Part shown: positions 17,527 to 27,282 of the stretch, one piece after another | Numbering within the stretch: position 1 is the stretch's first letter | Layout of the letters: each line of letters begins with the position of its first letter | IMG/VR virus record: IMGVR_UViG_3300042291_001013 | Length of the DNA stretch: 64,000 bases | From: a virus | Lineage: Duplodnaviria > Caudoviricetes | Direction: 5' to 3' (one strand) | Program-made: the position numbers and the translations under genes | Notes under the pieces: model-generated | Told to the model about the DNA's origin: nothing | The model's input: the letters and a program-made list of their open reading frames with translations, nothing else | Databases searched by the model: none

Positions 17527-18041
17527 ATGTGTCCAGTAATTTGTAAAGTGTATCTAGGGGTTGAGCCTGCGTTGGCTGCCATATGAGGCGTATCATAATT
17601 CCATTCAACAGTGTCTCCGGCTTGCCAGCCTGTATAGGCTTGATCAACATACTCAGCATAGTGCCCTGGTTGCCAGTCTTCAAGAAATACAATAGCTCGG
17701 CGAATAGTACTTTCCAGTCCTTGTAGATTGAATAGTTGAATGTACTTGACGTAGCGATCCTGGTGCGTGGGCAGTATAGTGCCAGGCATCATTCTATAAT
17801 AGCTGGTGCCCACATCTTTCCACCCAAGCTCTTGATAAATTTCCACAAACCGTTGATTCCACTTGGGCTGTACTGATCGCATGTCGCACATGTCGCCAGT
17901 AAAGCGATTGGGGAAACCAAGGCTTAGCCAATTTGCCAAGTTGACTGGGTCGTTAAACTCTTCATTTATGTACAGCAGAGTTTTAAACTCGTCATCCCAG
18001 AACTGGGGAATGTGATATTTAATTGTGCCGTGTATTGCCAT
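17523..18041 (-). CDS. 2OG-Fe(II) oxygenase / Asp-Asn beta-hydroxylase-like
   Basis: PGTILPTHQD (HxD) ... TPHMAAN ... RYTLQITG. Confidence 0.75.
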   Translation of the reverse strand: MAIHGTIKYHIPQFWDDEFKTLLYINEEFNDPVNLANWLSLGFPNRFTGDMCDMRSVQPKWNQRFVEIYQELGWKDVGTSYYRMMPGTILPTHQDRYVKYIQLFNLQGLESTIRRAIVFLEDWQPGHYAEYVDQAYTGWQAGDTVEWNYDTPHMAANAGSTPRYTLQITGHI

Positions 18042-19260
18042 AGTGTACAACCTCAACCTCAGCGGTTGATTCTAGTTTGCGCCAAGGGTCAACAATGATT
18101 GATCCTGGCTCAATAGCGCAGTAGGGTTTGGTGTCAGCTTGATCGCCTGTGTACTCATAAGTGATTTTGCGATTGTGTGCCCACAAAAATATTGCAGGGG
18201 TATCAACACCATCCACCACTTTGTCTTTGTTGTCAGCCAAGGGATCAACATACACAACTGATCTACCTTCCATTTCAACATAGTGCCCTACTAGAGTAGA
18301 GTAACTACCAATGCAGTATTCTACATCAGGCTTGTAGGCTTTGCCATGAATCACAATGGGCATGTTGTTGTTCATCACACTGATATCAACCAAGAACATG
18401 GCCAAGTTTTTTGCTTGTATTTCTCTAGCATGCATCACTGTGTCAAACAAGTCGTAACCAATGTTGTATTCTTTTGCCAACCAACGCAGAGCAATGTTGT
18501 CACGTGGGTGACATGCACCTGCATCACCCATGCCTGCTGTCATGTACTTGGGCCCCATGATACGCATGGTGCTACGTGCCAGTGCGTTCGTAACAACATC
18601 CACATTGATGTTACCAATGCGCAGAGCAAAGTCCTGAATCATGTTGACTAAGCCAACCTTGGCTGAAATGAATGTATTGTAAAAGATCTTGATGGCTTCG
18701 CACTCGTCCCAGGTACCAATTTCATAACGTGGATCGTTTTGCATTACCGTGTCATACAGCTCTCGTAGCTCACCGGCTAGTGCGTTGGGATTACCATCTT
18801 CAGTACCAATCATGATCATCTCAGGGTTCACCATGTCCCACTTAACTGAGCCCATGGCAATCAAGTAAGGATTGTACAAGAACTGATGTTTGGCATCCAA
18901 CAACGGCACAAAGTGTTTGCGAGTGGTGCCGGGTAATACTGTACTAATCAACACAATCTTCTTGGGGCTGGTTGCATATTTGTTAACATTCTTGATGGCG
19001 TCAATCACAGCCGTGTGCCCAAAGTCTCTAGGCTCCATGTGTGAGCTTGGGACCGACCCATCATAGCCCTCAGTATGCGGCGTGGGCACAGCAATAAAAA
19101 TCCATTCACTTTCATTAACAAGTTCGTCAATGTCGCAGACTTTTACACTGTCACTGACTCGTGGGTAAATATCGTAACCTCTGACTTCATGTTTCTCTGC
19201 CATGACTTCAGCGCAATCAAGACCCAACTTGCCAATCCCAATAAAACCAATTTTCTTCAT
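18019..19260 (-). CDS. UDP-glucose/GDP-mannose dehydrogenase family protein
   Basis: GIGKLG Rossmann, FIAVPTP, STVLPGT, KIFYNTF, GACHPRD, KAYKP. Confidence 0.92.
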   Translation of the reverse strand: MKKIGFIGIGKLGLDCAEVMAEKHEVRGYDIYPRVSDSVKVCDIDELVNESEWIFIAVPTPHTEGYDGSVPSSHMEPRDFGHTAVIDAIKNVNKYATSPKKIVLISTVLPGTTRKHFVPLLDAKHQFLYNPYLIAMGSVKWDMVNPEMIMIGTEDGNPNALAGELRELYDTVMQNDPRYEIGTWDECEAIKIFYNTFISAKVGLVNMIQDFALRIGNINVDVVTNALARSTMRIMGPKYMTAGMGDAGACHPRDNIALRWLAKEYNIGYDLFDTVMHAREIQAKNLAMFLVDISVMNNNMPIVIHGKAYKPDVEYCIGSYSTLVGHYVEMEGRSVVYVDPLADNKDKVVDGVDTPAIFLWAHNRKITYEYTGDQADTKPYCAIEPGSIIVDPWRKLESTAEVEVVHYGNTRHN

Positions 19261-20487
19261 ATGAGTGTTCCTTTAGATAGATTATATGACTATTTGTATG
19301 GTCTTTGCAACCATAACGATATCTTAATTTATCGCTGGTATCCACATGGCTCAAGAAAAAGAGAGCACTGCCAGTGGGTTGAAGATGATATTAAAACCCT
19401 AACGTTTTTTGATAGAATTACTAGACCTTATCTTGTGTGCCATGATCAAGAGCCTTTGAATTTTGCCCTGTATCAAACCATTCCCAAAAGTACTCTGCAT
19501 GATCTAGTAGACAGTAGATATTTGGCTTATGATCGAGTGCTATTACTACACAGCGAAAAACGCAGTCGCGAGCTAGCAAAATTTGAACAAGACGATGCAA
19601 TTGGAGTATACTATTGGGGACATGCCATGATTGCGCGAGATTGGTTCAGGTATGCTGAACACGATCAACGGCTGGCCAAATCTGCACCCAAAAAAGATTT
19701 TTTGGTATACAATCGTGCATGGAGTGGCACTAGAGAGTACCGACTAAAGTTTGCTGAAATGATAGTGGACAATGCCCTTGATTTGCACTGTCACATGAAC
19801 TTCAGTATTAATGATGGATTACCCTATACTCATCATCAGTTCAAAAACTCCAATTTAAAAATTGCAAGAACGGATCTTGAACAATTTTTTATTGCCAACG
19901 AGGCCAAGAGTTGTTTCAGTGCAGACTATGCCACACAGGACTACCGACAGACTCGAATTGAAATTGTGCTGGAAACACTGTTTGACGACACACGATGGCA
20001 CTTGACTGAAAAAGTACTGAGGCCCATTGCTTGTGGTAAACCGTTTATACTTGCAGCCACTCCGGGTAGTTTGGATTATCTACGCAGTTATGGATTTCAA
20101 ACATTTGGGCAGTGGATTGATGAGTCCTATGACAATATAGTTGACCCTAGAGAAAGACTGATTGCTGTGGTCAAAGAAATGAAAAAGTTTGCTAACCTGA
20201 GCCCTGAAGAAAAACAGCAAATGTGCCAACAGATGCAAGCAGTGTGTGATCACAACCGGGCTCATTTTTTCAGTGACGATTTTTTAAATCAAGTGCTGGG
20301 CGAATTTACTACAAACCTAGACCGTGCGTTAACCATAAGCAAACAACAGTGCTCGGCTCGTTGGCTTAAAGTTGTGTTGAGATCTGCAGGGTCAGTTGAG
20401 CGTTTTGTAAACCGAGATCCTGATGGTGCCACTCGAGAAGATTTAGTAAAATTCTGGCGGTGGTTTCAAGCCCGTGATGCCAAATAA
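19261..20487 (+). CDS. Putative glycosyltransferase-like protein
   Basis: C-terminal IVLET...LTEKVLRPIACGKPFI resembles the GT10/GT-B nucleotide-sugar-binding region. Confidence 0.4.
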   Translation: MSVPLDRLYDYLYGLCNHNDILIYRWYPHGSRKREHCQWVEDDIKTLTFFDRITRPYLVCHDQEPLNFALYQTIPKSTLHDLVDSRYLAYDRVLLLHSEKRSRELAKFEQDDAIGVYYWGHAMIARDWFRYAEHDQRLAKSAPKKDFLVYNRAWSGTREYRLKFAEMIVDNALDLHCHMNFSINDGLPYTHHQFKNSNLKIARTDLEQFFIANEAKSCFSADYATQDYRQTRIEIVLETLFDDTRWHLTEKVLRPIACGKPFILAATPGSLDYLRSYGFQTFGQWIDESYDNIVDPRERLIAVVKEMKKFANLSPEEKQQMCQQMQAVCDHNRAHFFSDDFLNQVLGEFTTNLDRALTISKQQCSARWLKVVLRSAGSVERFVNRDPDGATREDLVKFWRWFQARDAK

Positions 20488-20494
20488 ATATTAG

Positions 20495-22543
20495 ATGTTG
20501 AAAAAAATAGCATTAAGTCCTTGGACGGCCTTGTTAACATTGGCACTTGTTTTAAGTATAAGAATTGCTGATCCTGTCTTTGTAGAAAGTGTAAGACTGC
20601 GCTACTTTGACACGCTGATTACTGACCGTGCTGTCACTGTGAGTGAACAAATTCACGTGGTCAACATTGACGATCGCGCCATTGCTGAACGTGGACAATT
20701 TCCCTTTCCTAGAAGTCAGTATGCTGCCATAATCAAAGCCCTTGATGATCGCAATGCTGGTGTGATTGTGTTTAACATATTCATGCCTGATGCGGATCGT
20801 TTTGGGCAAGACTCTGCCCTGGCTCGGCAACTCAAACAGAGTACAGTGGTGTTGCCACACATGGCCACCAACGAAGACGCTGTGCCCAAGTACCCACCCT
20901 ACAGACCCGGAGTTTCTGTAATAGGCTCTGGCTTGCCGGGCATAGCGTATCAAAGTATTCAACCCAACGTGAGGTTACTAAATGAAACAGCAAGCGGTAT
21001 TGGTATTGTTAACACTTTGCCTGAAATCGACGGCGTTGTACGCCGAGTCCCCCAAGTCATCACAGTTGGAGAACAAGTCTATCCCTCCATCAGTCTTGAA
21101 ACGCTTAGAGTTGCTGCCGGAGATCCCAGCTTCCAGGTCCGAGTCAATGACGGAAGCGTTGAAGCAGTTAGAATTCCACAGTTTGGAAAAATTCCAACAG
21201 ACAATCTCGGTAGAATCTGGGTGGATTGGTCATCCCAGCCGCAAGAACATTCCTTGGCTGATTTGCCAAAGGACTTCCAAGGTGGAATTGTCATTGTTGG
21301 ACTCACCGCTCGCGGGCTCAACAACCCCGTCGCAACTGCAAGAGGAGAAGTCTATCCGCACCATTTGCAAGCCAGCGTACTAGCCACTGTGGCTGCAGGC
21401 ACAAATATTGTGCGTCCAGACTACGCAGACGGAGTTGAAATACTTGCTATTTTAGCCGCAGGTGTGTTATTATTAATTTTTACAAGGTGGGTTTATGTTG
21501 GACTGGCATCGTTGGTTGGAATATGCGCTGTACTTGCGTATGGCAGTTACTTTAGTTTTGTCAATTACCTTTGGCTATTTGACGTTACCCTCCCAGTCGC
21601 AGGCATCGTCCTCGTCGGGCTACACGCCTACGGAGTCAAGTTTGTCTCAGAGTTCCTCCAAAAACAAGCAATCAAAAAACAATTCGCAGGCTACTGTTCC
21701 AAGGAAGTGGTAGAGCTGTTGCAAAAAGATCCTGACTTGATCAAGCGCGGTGTGCGCAAAGACGTATCAGTTATGTTCAGTGACCTACGTGGATTTACTC
21801 CCATTGGTGAACACTACGGCGATGACGTAGCAGGACTTGGCCGATACATGAACGGCTACATGGACAGCATCAGTCAGCCCATGTTGGACAACAAGGGCAT
21901 GATCATCAAATATGTGGGTGATGCATCAATGCACATACATGGTGCTCCTATTGAAGACTTAAATCACGCACGAACAATCGTTGCTGTTGGCTTAGAAATG
22001 CTGGATGCTGTAGACGAATATACCAAGCTGATGGAAGCACAAGGCTTACCACCAGCCGCAATGGGGTGGGGTTGTAACACAGGCATTGGCTTTATTGGTG
22101 AGATGGGGTCAACAGAACGACACAGCTATGACATCTTGGGTGACATGGTTTCAACTGCGGCACGACTAGAAGCACGTTGCAAGGCCTATGGCGTGTTGGC
22201 CATTGTTGGTGCCGAAACTTACAATCGTACTCGAGATGACTTCTTCTATTTGTTGCTAGATAACTTACAACCCAAAGGCAAAACAGTAGCAGACTTGATC
22301 TACACAGTACTACGCACACGTGGTGCGGATTATACTAAAGAACTTGAAACCCACACCAAGATGCATGCCTTGTACAAAGAAAAACAATTTGATGCGGCAG
22401 TTATCTTATGCGAAGAATTGCACGGCAAGTTTGGCGGGCAAATGGACAAGTACTACAAGATGTGGATTGAACGCTGTGGGTTCATGAAGCAACAAGACTT
22501 ACCTGACAACTGGAACGGTGAGTTTGTTGCGCACGAAAAGTAA
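20495..22543 (+). CDS. CHASE2-domain class III adenylate cyclase
   Basis: N-terminal TM, CHASE2 (LRYFD, VVNID, FPFPR, DGVVRR), 3 TM, MFSDLRGFT, KYVGD, YDILGD..STAARLE. Confidence 0.93.
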   Translation: MLKKIALSPWTALLTLALVLSIRIADPVFVESVRLRYFDTLITDRAVTVSEQIHVVNIDDRAIAERGQFPFPRSQYAAIIKALDDRNAGVIVFNIFMPDADRFGQDSALARQLKQSTVVLPHMATNEDAVPKYPPYRPGVSVIGSGLPGIAYQSIQPNVRLLNETASGIGIVNTLPEIDGVVRRVPQVITVGEQVYPSISLETLRVAAGDPSFQVRVNDGSVEAVRIPQFGKIPTDNLGRIWVDWSSQPQEHSLADLPKDFQGGIVIVGLTARGLNNPVATARGEVYPHHLQASVLATVAAGTNIVRPDYADGVEILAILAAGVLLLIFTRWVYVGLASLVGICAVLAYGSYFSFVNYLWLFDVTLPVAGIVLVGLHAYGVKFVSEFLQKQAIKKQFAGYCSKEVVELLQKDPDLIKRGVRKDVSVMFSDLRGFTPIGEHYGDDVAGLGRYMNGYMDSISQPMLDNKGMIIKYVGDASMHIHGAPIEDLNHARTIVAVGLEMLDAVDEYTKLMEAQGLPPAAMGWGCNTGIGFIGEMGSTERHSYDILGDMVSTAARLEARCKAYGVLAIVGAETYNRTRDDFFYLLLDNLQPKGKTVADLIYTVLRTRGADYTKELETHTKMHALYKEKQFDAAVILCEELHGKFGGQMDKYYKMWIERCGFMKQQDLPDNWNGEFVAHEK

Positions 22544-22544
22544 T

Positions 22545-23249
22545 CTAAGTTCTTAATTTGGCAAGACCCAGTGCTCTAAACACTGTGAGCCACATCCAGC
22601 CTGCATCAAACTCAAACCATCGTCTGCTTAGTCGAGGGTTAGCAGGATCCAAATGATGGTTATTATGCAGGCATTCCCCACCAACAATAATATCCCAAGG
22701 AACAATGTTTCTGCTGTGATCTTTAGTTTCGCCATTTCTATATCCCCACCAATGTCCAATGCCGTTGATAACACCAGCGGCCCAGAATGGAATCCAAATC
22801 ATTTGTATACCCCAAATTAGCGGTCCCCACCAGCCAAATATCAAGGTGTTGAGCACAAAGAGAATGCCAATGCCAAGTCTGCTGTGAGGAGTGTATACGT
22901 TGTGCTCCATCCAATCAGCAGGAGTACCAACACCATATGCGTCAACCATGACTTTATCTTTTGATGCTTCATGATATAAGCCTGCTCCTCGAAAGAAAAC
23001 CTGTTGAATTCCATACACATGCGGTGAGTGTGGATCTCCGGGTTGATCACTGTGCCTGTGATGCTTGCGGTGGATAGCCACCCATTGCTTTGTGACCATG
23101 CCTGTTGTGAGCCATAACCAGGCTCGCATAAAGTGTTCAAGTATGGGGTGAAATTCTATTCCTCTGTGAGCTTGTCCACGATGCAAGTAAAGTGTCACGC
23201 ACACTATGGTAATGTGTGTCATTACCAGGGTTGCTATTAGTTCTGTCAT
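22545..23249 (-). CDS. Membrane fatty-acid (acyl-CoA) desaturase
   Basis: His boxes HRGQAH, HRKHH, HNNHH. Confidence 0.92.
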   Translation of the reverse strand: MTELIATLVMTHITIVCVTLYLHRGQAHRGIEFHPILEHFMRAWLWLTTGMVTKQWVAIHRKHHRHSDQPGDPHSPHVYGIQQVFFRGAGLYHEASKDKVMVDAYGVGTPADWMEHNVYTPHSRLGIGILFVLNTLIFGWWGPLIWGIQMIWIPFWAAGVINGIGHWWGYRNGETKDHSRNIVPWDIIVGGECLHNNHHLDPANPRLSRRWFEFDAGWMWLTVFRALGLAKLRT

Positions 23250-23256
23250 CAAGTAC

Positions 23257-23604
23257 TTAACTCTTTTCTGACTTGGCAGCAATCTTATCTACTTCGTCCA
23301 TGGCTTCGTGAAACTTGGCATTGGCCGCAGATTCAACCTTTTGTGTTTCCATCACACGATCACTTTCAATCATTTTGCCACGCAGGTGCAACACAGTATT
23401 GACCTTTTGATTCAGTCGAATAAGATCATTGTCCAGCATGCGTATGCGGTCAATAAGAGCAATCAACACTGAGTTGGCATCTGAGATAACAGGCTTGACT
23501 TCTTTTGTGGCCCATTCCCACACATACTTGATGATATAGCCCATGCCCACTGCCATCACAATGGGAAAGCCATATTTGTTTACTAAATCTACTACTTCAC
23601 TCAT
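23257..23604 (-). CDS. YvrJ-like single-TM coiled-coil protein
   Basis: KYGFPIVMAVGMGY; paralog of 23990-24271. Confidence 0.55.
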   Translation of the reverse strand: MSEVVDLVNKYGFPIVMAVGMGYIIKYVWEWATKEVKPVISDANSVLIALIDRIRMLDNDLIRLNQKVNTVLHLRGKMIESDRVMETQKVESAANAKFHEAMDEVDKIAAKSEKS

Positions 23605-23788
23605 TTTTATTAGACCCTTCTAAAACAAATTGTACCAAGGGATCTACCTGGTGCAATCTTATCTTTCCATTGACTTCGATCATCTGCCAGAACTGTCCAT
23701 GCTTCCAGCCCAGTTTCTCAGTGTTTAATTCTTTGTCTGGTACAATGTATCCAGGACCCAGATCCCAATTATAATCTAGATGTAGCAT
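23597..23788 (-). CDS. Hypothetical protein
   Basis: ORF track, start revised. Confidence 0.6.
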   Translation of the reverse strand: MLHLDYNWDLGPGYIVPDKELNTEKLGWKHGQFWQMIEVNGKIRLHQVDPLVQFVLEGSNKNE

Positions 23789-23990
23789 TGTATTTTCCTT
23801 TTTGTTTTTTGGCTTCAGATACCATGCGGATCCATTCTTTTTTTGCGGCAAGATCATCTTTCATTCTGTCAAGTTTTGTAGCGCGAGAGCTACCAGTTAC
23901 ACCCAAGACCATGATATAACCCAGTCCAAGGCCTAACAAAAGATATGCAATGTAACTTAAATCCAATACAAAATTAACTTCGTAAATCAT
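23769..23990 (-). CDS. Small membrane protein
   Basis: TM segment; TGATG coupling. Confidence 0.6.
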   Translation of the reverse strand: MIYEVNFVLDLSYIAYLLLGLGLGYIMVLGVTGSSRATKLDRMKDDLAAKKEWIRMVSEAKKQKGKYNATSRL

Positions 23991-24271
23991 CAGTCTCTCC
24001 TTGCATCGTTTTTACCGTCAGCTCGTGCAATACGATCAGTATCGGGTTTGAGGCCTAGTGCGCTTGACACAATAGTGTCAATGCGGATGACATCGTGGTT
24101 CATAGTTCTGACTCGATTGTCTAGTGCAGTAATAATGCCGGCCATGCCCTTGATTGCACTCAGCACACCTGCCAGTAGTAGTTTGATTGTGAGATACACA
24201 AAGTATCCGCCAGCCAGTGCCACTGCTATTGGAAACCCTAGATCACCAATCAGTTTGAAAATATCCCCCAT
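23990..24271 (-). CDS. YvrJ-like single-TM coiled-coil protein
   Basis: DLGFPIAVALAGGY; SD AAGGAG. Confidence 0.55.
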   Translation of the reverse strand: MGDIFKLIGDLGFPIAVALAGGYFVYLTIKLLLAGVLSAIKGMAGIITALDNRVRTMNHDVIRIDTIVSSALGLKPDTDRIARADGKNDARRD

Positions 24272-24298
24272 GTCGGCTCCTTGTTTTTATAGCAGTAT

Positions 24299-25375
24299 TT
24301 ATTGACTTTGGATAATGGTTATTGTGGTGCTGCCGCCCGAGTTAATTTTTTGATACACAGGAATACCATCCTGTTGTAAATCCAAGACGGCCCCTTGTTC
24401 TCGAGGCACAGTTAATTCAAAAATATGACTGCTGTATCTAGTTAAAACCAACTGGTCTGAATCAGTTACTCGCCATTTCAAGCCTGAACTTTCATCATAG
24501 CCCGGTAGCATACTCAGCGTGGTTGACATGGCTTCTTGAGTGGCCGACAACGCGGCATTCACAGCATCCAGTACATTGGGCAACAGGTCATCTTCTAGTT
24601 CATTGCGATCCAGCCGATTAAATGCATCCAGCTGATTGTCCAAGTCTGCAGGTTTTAAGAAGTCTTGGTCAAGAAAGTTAGTGTCCAGTACATTTCGACT
24701 ATCTCGTCGGTTGTCCCGGTTTTCTTCGCTGATTTCTCGGGGCCGACTAATGATCAACATGTTGTTGATGTTGGCTTGATCAATAGTGACTATCACTGGC
24801 AATGACGGTGCCCGATCAACAGAAGCAACCAGTGTGGCCTGATAGGCCTGTGTCATTAGTATACTGCCAGCTTGATTGGACACTTCAATAGCGCCTGTCA
24901 CACATGTTTTGTCGTCACAACTGGGCAACAGCATTATTAGACTACGACCCAGTTCGTCCACGGTCATTGAAAAGTCTGTGCCACGCACAGCAATAGAAGC
25001 TGTGGGTGTAGTAACTGCAACCTGTTGCGGGGAATTTTTGGCAATCTGGCCTGAAGCATACCTGGCTGTGCCCAGGGCAACTTTCATGGCCAACTTGCCA
25101 GTGCCCGACTTTGGGTCGTACACAAAGTCATCAATTATCAGCTTTGACTGCTCGGTAATTTTTACTTTGGTAGCATCATCAAAAGTCAATTCAGCTCGAG
25201 ATCTAGCTGTGACAATTGTGTCATTCATTTCCACTGCGGTATTCACAGCACTGGATATGCTTTTTCGGGCCCGTACTATTTCAGTAGGGCCAGACTGTTC
25301 TGTGACCTTGCCTACGCCGGCCCAAGTATTAGTCAGACTGAGTAATACTGATATTAATGTTATTGCCCGAAGCAT
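24299..25375 (-). CDS. Periplasmic FecR-domain protein with acidic D/L-rich tail
   Basis: Signal peptide; DTIVTARSRAELTFDD, VTTPTASIAVRGTDF. Confidence 0.85.
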   Translation of the reverse strand: MLRAITLISVLLSLTNTWAGVGKVTEQSGPTEIVRARKSISSAVNTAVEMNDTIVTARSRAELTFDDATKVKITEQSKLIIDDFVYDPKSGTGKLAMKVALGTARYASGQIAKNSPQQVAVTTPTASIAVRGTDFSMTVDELGRSLIMLLPSCDDKTCVTGAIEVSNQAGSILMTQAYQATLVASVDRAPSLPVIVTIDQANINNMLIISRPREISEENRDNRRDSRNVLDTNFLDQDFLKPADLDNQLDAFNRLDRNELEDDLLPNVLDAVNAALSATQEAMSTTLSMLPGYDESSGLKWRVTDSDQLVLTRYSSHIFELTVPREQGAVLDLQQDGIPVYQKINSGGSTTITIIQSQ

Positions 25376-25955
25376 TGACAGTTGCACTCTGAGTATTCAT
25401 ACCACTCTGTGACACAGTGATTGCATTTGGGACGGCACCAGAACCTGACCCAGTGACATTGATTGTGGCTGAGTTAGCTCCTGAACCCGAACTGTTATGC
25501 GTCACATGGTTGTAGTCACCTAGCACTGTGATGTTACTGGTGTGCGCACCGCCGTTGGATCCCAGCAAACTTTTAACATCATTGCTGTCACCTGTTATGG
25601 TATGCGTGATCGCAGACCCGCTACAGCTGGCGCTGATGCTGGTTCCGCAAGTTATGGTCTGTTGATTGCTGTCACCTATGACCGTGGACGTCACATCGGT
25701 GCCAGCACCGTTGACCAACTTGGCCAGCTGATTGTTACTGCCCGATTGTTCAATATACACAGTGTTCTGACCACCACCAATAAAGGCCGGCGCCAGAGCC
25801 GTGCCAATGGTGTTGTTGCTGCCTGCTTGTTTTAAAGTTACAGTGGTGCCATCACCAACTTGTTCTATATAAATTTCATTTGACGCTTGAACATGCGATA
25901 AAGCCATCATGCTCAATGCAAATATTGTCCCTTTAAGAGATCTTGTTATTTTCAT
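25329..25955 (-). CDS. Curlin-repeat (CsgA/CsgB-like) secreted protein
   Basis: Signal peptide; repeated QxGxxN / GDxN units. Confidence 0.75.
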   Translation of the reverse strand: MKITRSLKGTIFALSMMALSHVQASNEIYIEQVGDGTTVTLKQAGSNNTIGTALAPAFIGGGQNTVYIEQSGSNNQLAKLVNGAGTDVTSTVIGDSNQQTITCGTSISASCSGSAITHTITGDSNDVKSLLGSNGGAHTSNITVLGDYNHVTHNSSGSGANSATINVTGSGSGAVPNAITVSQSGMNTQSATVNASGNNINISITQSD

Positions 25956-26776
25956 TTTTGTTTTGTGGGCGAGTTACTATCCTCAACCTCATTCCTTGGG
26001 AGTGTGCCCTTTTTGTATGACCAAAGTCTTCGTTTTGCTCCTTCTTGGATCATTTCATACACCGCTTGTTCAATGGCTATTCGAACAGCGTATGTGGTGG
26101 GCTCATTTGTAGCGGCCCCGTTCTCAAGTTCAATAGACGTTGTTCCAACATCAACAAATTTAAGAACTCCTTGATTGTGAGCTGTACTGAAAACAGTTTT
26201 ACTCACAGCCGTATTCAGCAACACTTCCCCGGTGTTGACCGAAATAACTCGCATGGAAATAACAATCTCATCCACACGATATTGTGTACTGGCACCAATG
26301 CCCAGTATCCTAGCACCGGTGCCGCCACTTGTGATGTTGGTGTCATAACCAATGATGCCACCTTCAATCATGAGTCCAGCTATCAACAGTGGTTTGAGTG
26401 GTTTGGCATCTTTGCCTTCATACACTTCGCGCTGATTGCGAATTAGTTGACGTTCTTTGATCAAGTTGTCCAGGCTCACACGTTCAACCACTGTGAACCA
26501 ATTGGGTGTGTCTTGCAAGGCCTTGATTAGGAACACTTCGGCACCTTGTGTGACTGCTGTGGAAAACAGTGCCAGCTTGTCGTTGTTTTTTTTCTGACCA
26601 GTCTTGTCCATAAACCCGTACACAGCAATTGGTATTCTTGGTCCATCCAATTCAGGCAGTGTGGCCAACAAGTTCTGTCGTGGCACCAATTTGGGCGGCT
26701 GCGAATCAAACTGAATTTGGTCCAGACTGGCACACCCGCTCAACATCAACAGCAATGACAACACTAGTGCTTTCAT
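25952..26776 (-). CDS. csgG: Curli secretion channel lipoprotein
   Basis: Lipobox LSGC; AVYGFMDKTGQ, STAVTQG, WFTVVER..LDNLIKERQLIR. Confidence 0.92.
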   Translation of the reverse strand: MKALVLSLLLMLSGCASLDQIQFDSQPPKLVPRQNLLATLPELDGPRIPIAVYGFMDKTGQKKNNDKLALFSTAVTQGAEVFLIKALQDTPNWFTVVERVSLDNLIKERQLIRNQREVYEGKDAKPLKPLLIAGLMIEGGIIGYDTNITSGGTGARILGIGASTQYRVDEIVISMRVISVNTGEVLLNTAVSKTVFSTAHNQGVLKFVDVGTTSIELENGAATNEPTTYAVRIAIEQAVYEMIQEGAKRRLWSYKKGTLPRNEVEDSNSPTKQK

Positions 26777-27216
26777 CAAAATGCAAAACTCGCTAGTGGC
26801 ACAGTGATCTCTGTGCGATTGCCATTGCTTTCTAGAATGGTCATGGTGACATCAGTAGAAGTTTTAACCCAGCTGATGTTGGTGCCTTGAAAATCCAAAC
26901 TGCCTGTGGTTCCACCGCCGCTGAATAGTGAGTCTGCCAACTGCTTGCTCAACTGAGCATAGATGCGACTTTCTACGTTGACTAGGAATTTGGCTATGTT
27001 GGTTTGTTTGGCCGCAAGCTCGGCCTTGGCCAATCTGTTGGCTTCTTCTTCTCGTAGTTTTTGTCGGCGTGTGGCTTCCAGTTGTTCAATCGTAAGCACG
27101 TGACTACTGTAACCGACTCCTGAAAAAGCTGGCGAATTGAACTGATGTACCAGTTCAGTGGCTCCGGCCCGCAATGCTATCACAAGCAGGGCCATTATAA
27201 TTATTATTTTGTTCAT
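26776..27216 (-). CDS. CsgF-like curli assembly protein
   Basis: Mature N-terminus TELVHQFNSPAFSG; adjacent to csgG. Confidence 0.65.
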   Translation of the reverse strand: MNKIIIIMALLVIALRAGATELVHQFNSPAFSGVGYSSHVLTIEQLEATRRQKLREEEANRLAKAELAAKQTNIAKFLVNVESRIYAQLSKQLADSLFSGGGTTGSLDFQGTNISWVKTSTDVTMTILESNGNRTEITVPLASFAF

Positions 27217-27220
27217 AGAA

Positions 27221-27249
27221 AAACCCCACCTAGTATTTACGTGGGGTTT
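27221..27249 (-). promoter_or_regulatory. Hairpin/terminator with late promoter TAAATA in the loop and SD in the 3' arm
   Basis: AAACCCCAC-GTAAATACTAG-GTGGGGTTT-TTCT-ATG. Confidence 0.7.
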
Positions 27250-27282
27250 GGATTCTTAAACGGCTTGTTTTATTGCGCTGGG

